64,000 nt of DNA from Geosiphon pyriformis uo1 (lineage: Eukaryota; Fungi; Glomeromycota), in the NCBI GenBank assembly GCA_016748015.1, contig JAAOMT010000706.1, positions 296,764 through 360,763 of the forward strand. Reading direction: 5' to 3'. Within the stretch, counting starts at the first letter, position 1. Every line of letters starts with the position of its first letter. The notes beneath the pieces were generated by a model. The model had not been told where the DNA came from and searched no databases. It saw nothing but the letters and a program-made list of their open reading frames with translations. The position numbers and the translations under genes are program-made. Below are positions 60,767-64,000 of this stretch, in pieces.

Positions 60767-63700
60767 TTTGGTGCTCTTTTATAGAAATAATACAGCAATA
60801 ACAACTTCAAAGTAGCAACCACACCAGACATAACAACTTTAGAGTATTATCAGTCAATTTACACTCACTGCAAACAAAGATTCAACATCCAAGACGGAAT
60901 TGAAATTTTCAAGAAATTACTATACCAATACATTGAAAATCACATCAACAATTATCTTTTTGAAAATTACAACATTTCAAAAGTTAAAAACAATCTCTAC
61001 AATAATTTAGTACACTATTTACAATTGGAAACTAAAGACCTTAACAGTGAAACACTTGGCACTTATTTTCAAGAACTTAACTTTAACATTATTTAATATT
61101 GTAAAAAAAAATACTCAGTACAGTCCAAATACTCTTTTGACTTTAAATTAAAACCAGAAAACAGCAAAAGTAAAAAACAGAAAAGAAAAACATCTCAAAT
61201 TAGTCATACAACTCACAACACACCAAAAACAACTGCAAAATACTTGTAAACACCTAAACAAAGAACCAGTGTCAAATTACCACTTTCTATTACACCATTT
61301 TCAATTTCACTTACTTAACCACAAACACCAAATTCATTTTTTATCCAGTTCTCAAAACTAAAAGATTTTCAGTTACTTAAAAGTTCTATTTAATAGCAAA
61401 AACCAATATTAACCAGCACCAATCTTTTTGATTACTTGGAAAAAAATCAAAACAATCATTTAAAGAACCTAGAAAGTGAAAAAACCAAATCAGAACAAGA
61501 AAAAACTACCAAAAACAAAAAAAAATAGCAACTGCATATATTGCAAAAATTTCTGAATTTACTAATAAAAATAATAATATCAGTTCTCAAGAATGACTTG
61601 ACAAAGTTCAAAAAATAATACCAGTTCTTAAAAATGACTTGACAAAGTTCAGAAAGCAGAAGATATAAATAGATAGAATACAGCAAGAATGCTTAAAGCA
61701 ATTTCATATTTCCTCTAAAAAACAGCAGAAGAATGGTTTGAAAATATAAATGAACTATTTGAAAACTGGCAAGAATTAAAAGCTGCTTTTTTACAACAAT
61801 TCATTGACAAAAACATCTTTATTACTCTTCAAAATTGCTTTTACAATATCAAACAAGAAACATCTGAAACTGTCATGATCTATCTTGAGAGATTTAATAA
61901 ACTTCTTAGATGAATTTGACAATTAAAAACCAATGACTACTATTCTAATGCCCAGATTCTGAATTAATTTATTGCAAGATTAAAAGATAAATTAATCAAA
62001 AAAGTTTATCCACATGCCCTAGCAGACTTAACAACAACTATTAGATATACAAAGAACTATAAAATAGCAATAGAAGAAATAAACTATATCAAACTTGTGA
62101 ATTTTGCTATTGAAAAAACCAGCTCAGTAGCAAAAGAAAAAATTGACCAACTCACAAAAAAAGTTAAGAACTATTTCACCAACTAACAATAACAGCAACA
62201 ATCACAAAGATATTAACTATCTCAATAATGCAATCAAAACAACTATTTTTTATTATCTAACAACCAACTACAAAGTTGTTATTATTGTGGAATTTCAGAA
62301 CATTAGAAATGAGATTGTAGAAAAATGCAAAGAGACCAACAAAACAGGAATAATTAACGTTATTCCCAACATTAACAGTCTTATTACCAATCTCTACTAC
62401 CAGCATATCACTTATCAAGACCACAGTATTAAAACAACTATTACTAACTAGTCTTATAACCAATACAACAGCAATCTCTACAGGTTCAACAATATCACCC
62501 ATTATTTGTACAACAATATTAAATACTTGCCCAAAGATTGGTTCAATAAAACCAATTTATCTTTCAGAACAATTTCTTAACAAACAACAACAGATTTAAC
62601 TCTAACAACTAATTAGTTTCTCAAAATCCTATTTAGCAAAAACCCAGTTACTATTACACTCAACTCAGTTATCTTACAATGCCAAAAAAAATTGGATTTT
62701 TAACAAACTGCATTTTTTGAAGGTAAAGCTACAGCACCAAGATCAAATCCTTCCAACAATACTATTTCACCAGCCCAAATTGCTCAAAATGCCAATCTCT
62801 CAAATATATTTCCATTCAAATTTGAAGCCAATAAATTACCATTCTTGTTTAGTAATGCAGCAATTAATGAGCAAAAAGCAATTACTGCTATATATACTAA
62901 AGCTGAAATAAAAAAAAACAAATATACTTGATCTTAGACAATGGATCTGCTAGAAGCATTATTACTTACCAATTAATACAACAACTCAATCAAACTGTTA
63001 ACAGATTTGCCCAAACAGTTATTGTCACTACAGATAATATAAAAAAGACTCCAATAAAAAAAATTGACAACTTTCTATTTACCATTGATGGAATTACTAT
63101 TCCAATCAAAGTTTTAGTCATAGATGCATCCCAATATTAAGCTCTTATCAGAAACAATTGGTTTCTCAAGGCCAATACAAATCTAGATTGAAAAACCCAA
63201 GAACTAAAAATTTCATACCAAAGACAATACACCAGAGTACCTGCCATCTGTGGTATTTTTAATAAACAATCTAAAAAAACCACAGTGTTTGAATTTGAAA
63301 AGGAGAAAGAAATGCCAATTATTGAAACATATATGGCTCTTGGATTAACATTTAATTGGGCTGAAAAGACAAAACAAAAAATTTTTGAAGAAACCAGAAG
63401 ATGAAATATTGTTCAATACTTTATATCAAAACCACAAAAACAACCACTTTACATTCCACTTAAATGTAAAGATTGCAAAAAAAAACTTTTATCAATGGAA
63501 GCATACATATCTTCAGAAGAAGAATACAAAACACACATCTATTATTTTTGCAAAGCATGCCATAAAGAATGATTTAAATACTCCAAACAAAGTGAAAAAT
63601 AGGATAACACTCTTTGTCTTATATGTGGAGATATGTTATCAAAAGAGTACAACTGGATTGATGTTGCAATGATAGGAGGAGTATGTAACCAAACCTGCCA

Positions 63701-64000
63701 ATATGTCTTTTCAATCTTGAAAAAAGTCAAAAAAAGAACATTCTTTGATACAGCATACAATAGTGCTTTTAACAAACTCTAATATTACTCTTATAATGCT
63801 GAAATGATCTTTGATTTAGCAATAGCTTTAATTAATAGAGCCATACAAAAAGATGTTTGCTAAATAAAAAAAGCTAAATATATTGAATACATTATAGAAT
63901 TAGCTGAATTCAACTATGAAGATAAAGTGGAAACATATCATTAAATTACAAGTTATATTTATCCAATCCAAAAAGCTCAAATTCAATAATTAGAGCAAAT
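59810..64000 (+). mobile_element. Older, hypermutated Gypsy family B copy (5' LTR, PBS, gag, PR, Cys-rich domain), running off the window
   Basis: Colinear homology with the reverse complement of 28860-32810; ILDNGSARS protease; many TAA/TGA stops. Confidence 0.93.

Overview
Eukaryotic, AT-rich fungal genomic DNA. The gene and TE repertoire is most consistent with a Mucoromycota/Glomeromycotina fungus; this is an inference. Bases 1-40.5 kb and 55-64 kb are a deeply nested stack of decayed retroelements. These are (i) three families (called A, B, C here) of Ty3/Gypsy LTR retrotransposons with 4-bp TSDs, carrying an 8-Cys domain and a dUTPase between protease and RT, no chromodomain, and a conserved extra ORF between integrase and the PPT; (ii) three copies of an RNase H-bearing LINE at very different stages of C>T/G>A erosion; and (iii) a complete ORF1-only (HAL1-like) non-autonomous LINE with TSD and a LINE-type 3' end. 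A gene island at 41-52.4 kb holds an Rco1-like double-PHD gene, mS38/Cox24, a UPF0658-like membrane protein and an intronless Argonaute with an intact DEDH tetrad and an unusual polybasic MID-loop insertion. About 1 kb upstream of the Argonaute, on the same strand, is a Fanzor2/TnpB RNA-guided nuclease relic. Inside the LINE at 55-59.8 kb is a 1.26-kb TA-TSD TIR element carrying intron-containing fragments of a polybromo/Rsc-type BAH gene (Pack-TIR). Several N gaps in 23.4-28.9 kb include duplicated scaffolding fragments.
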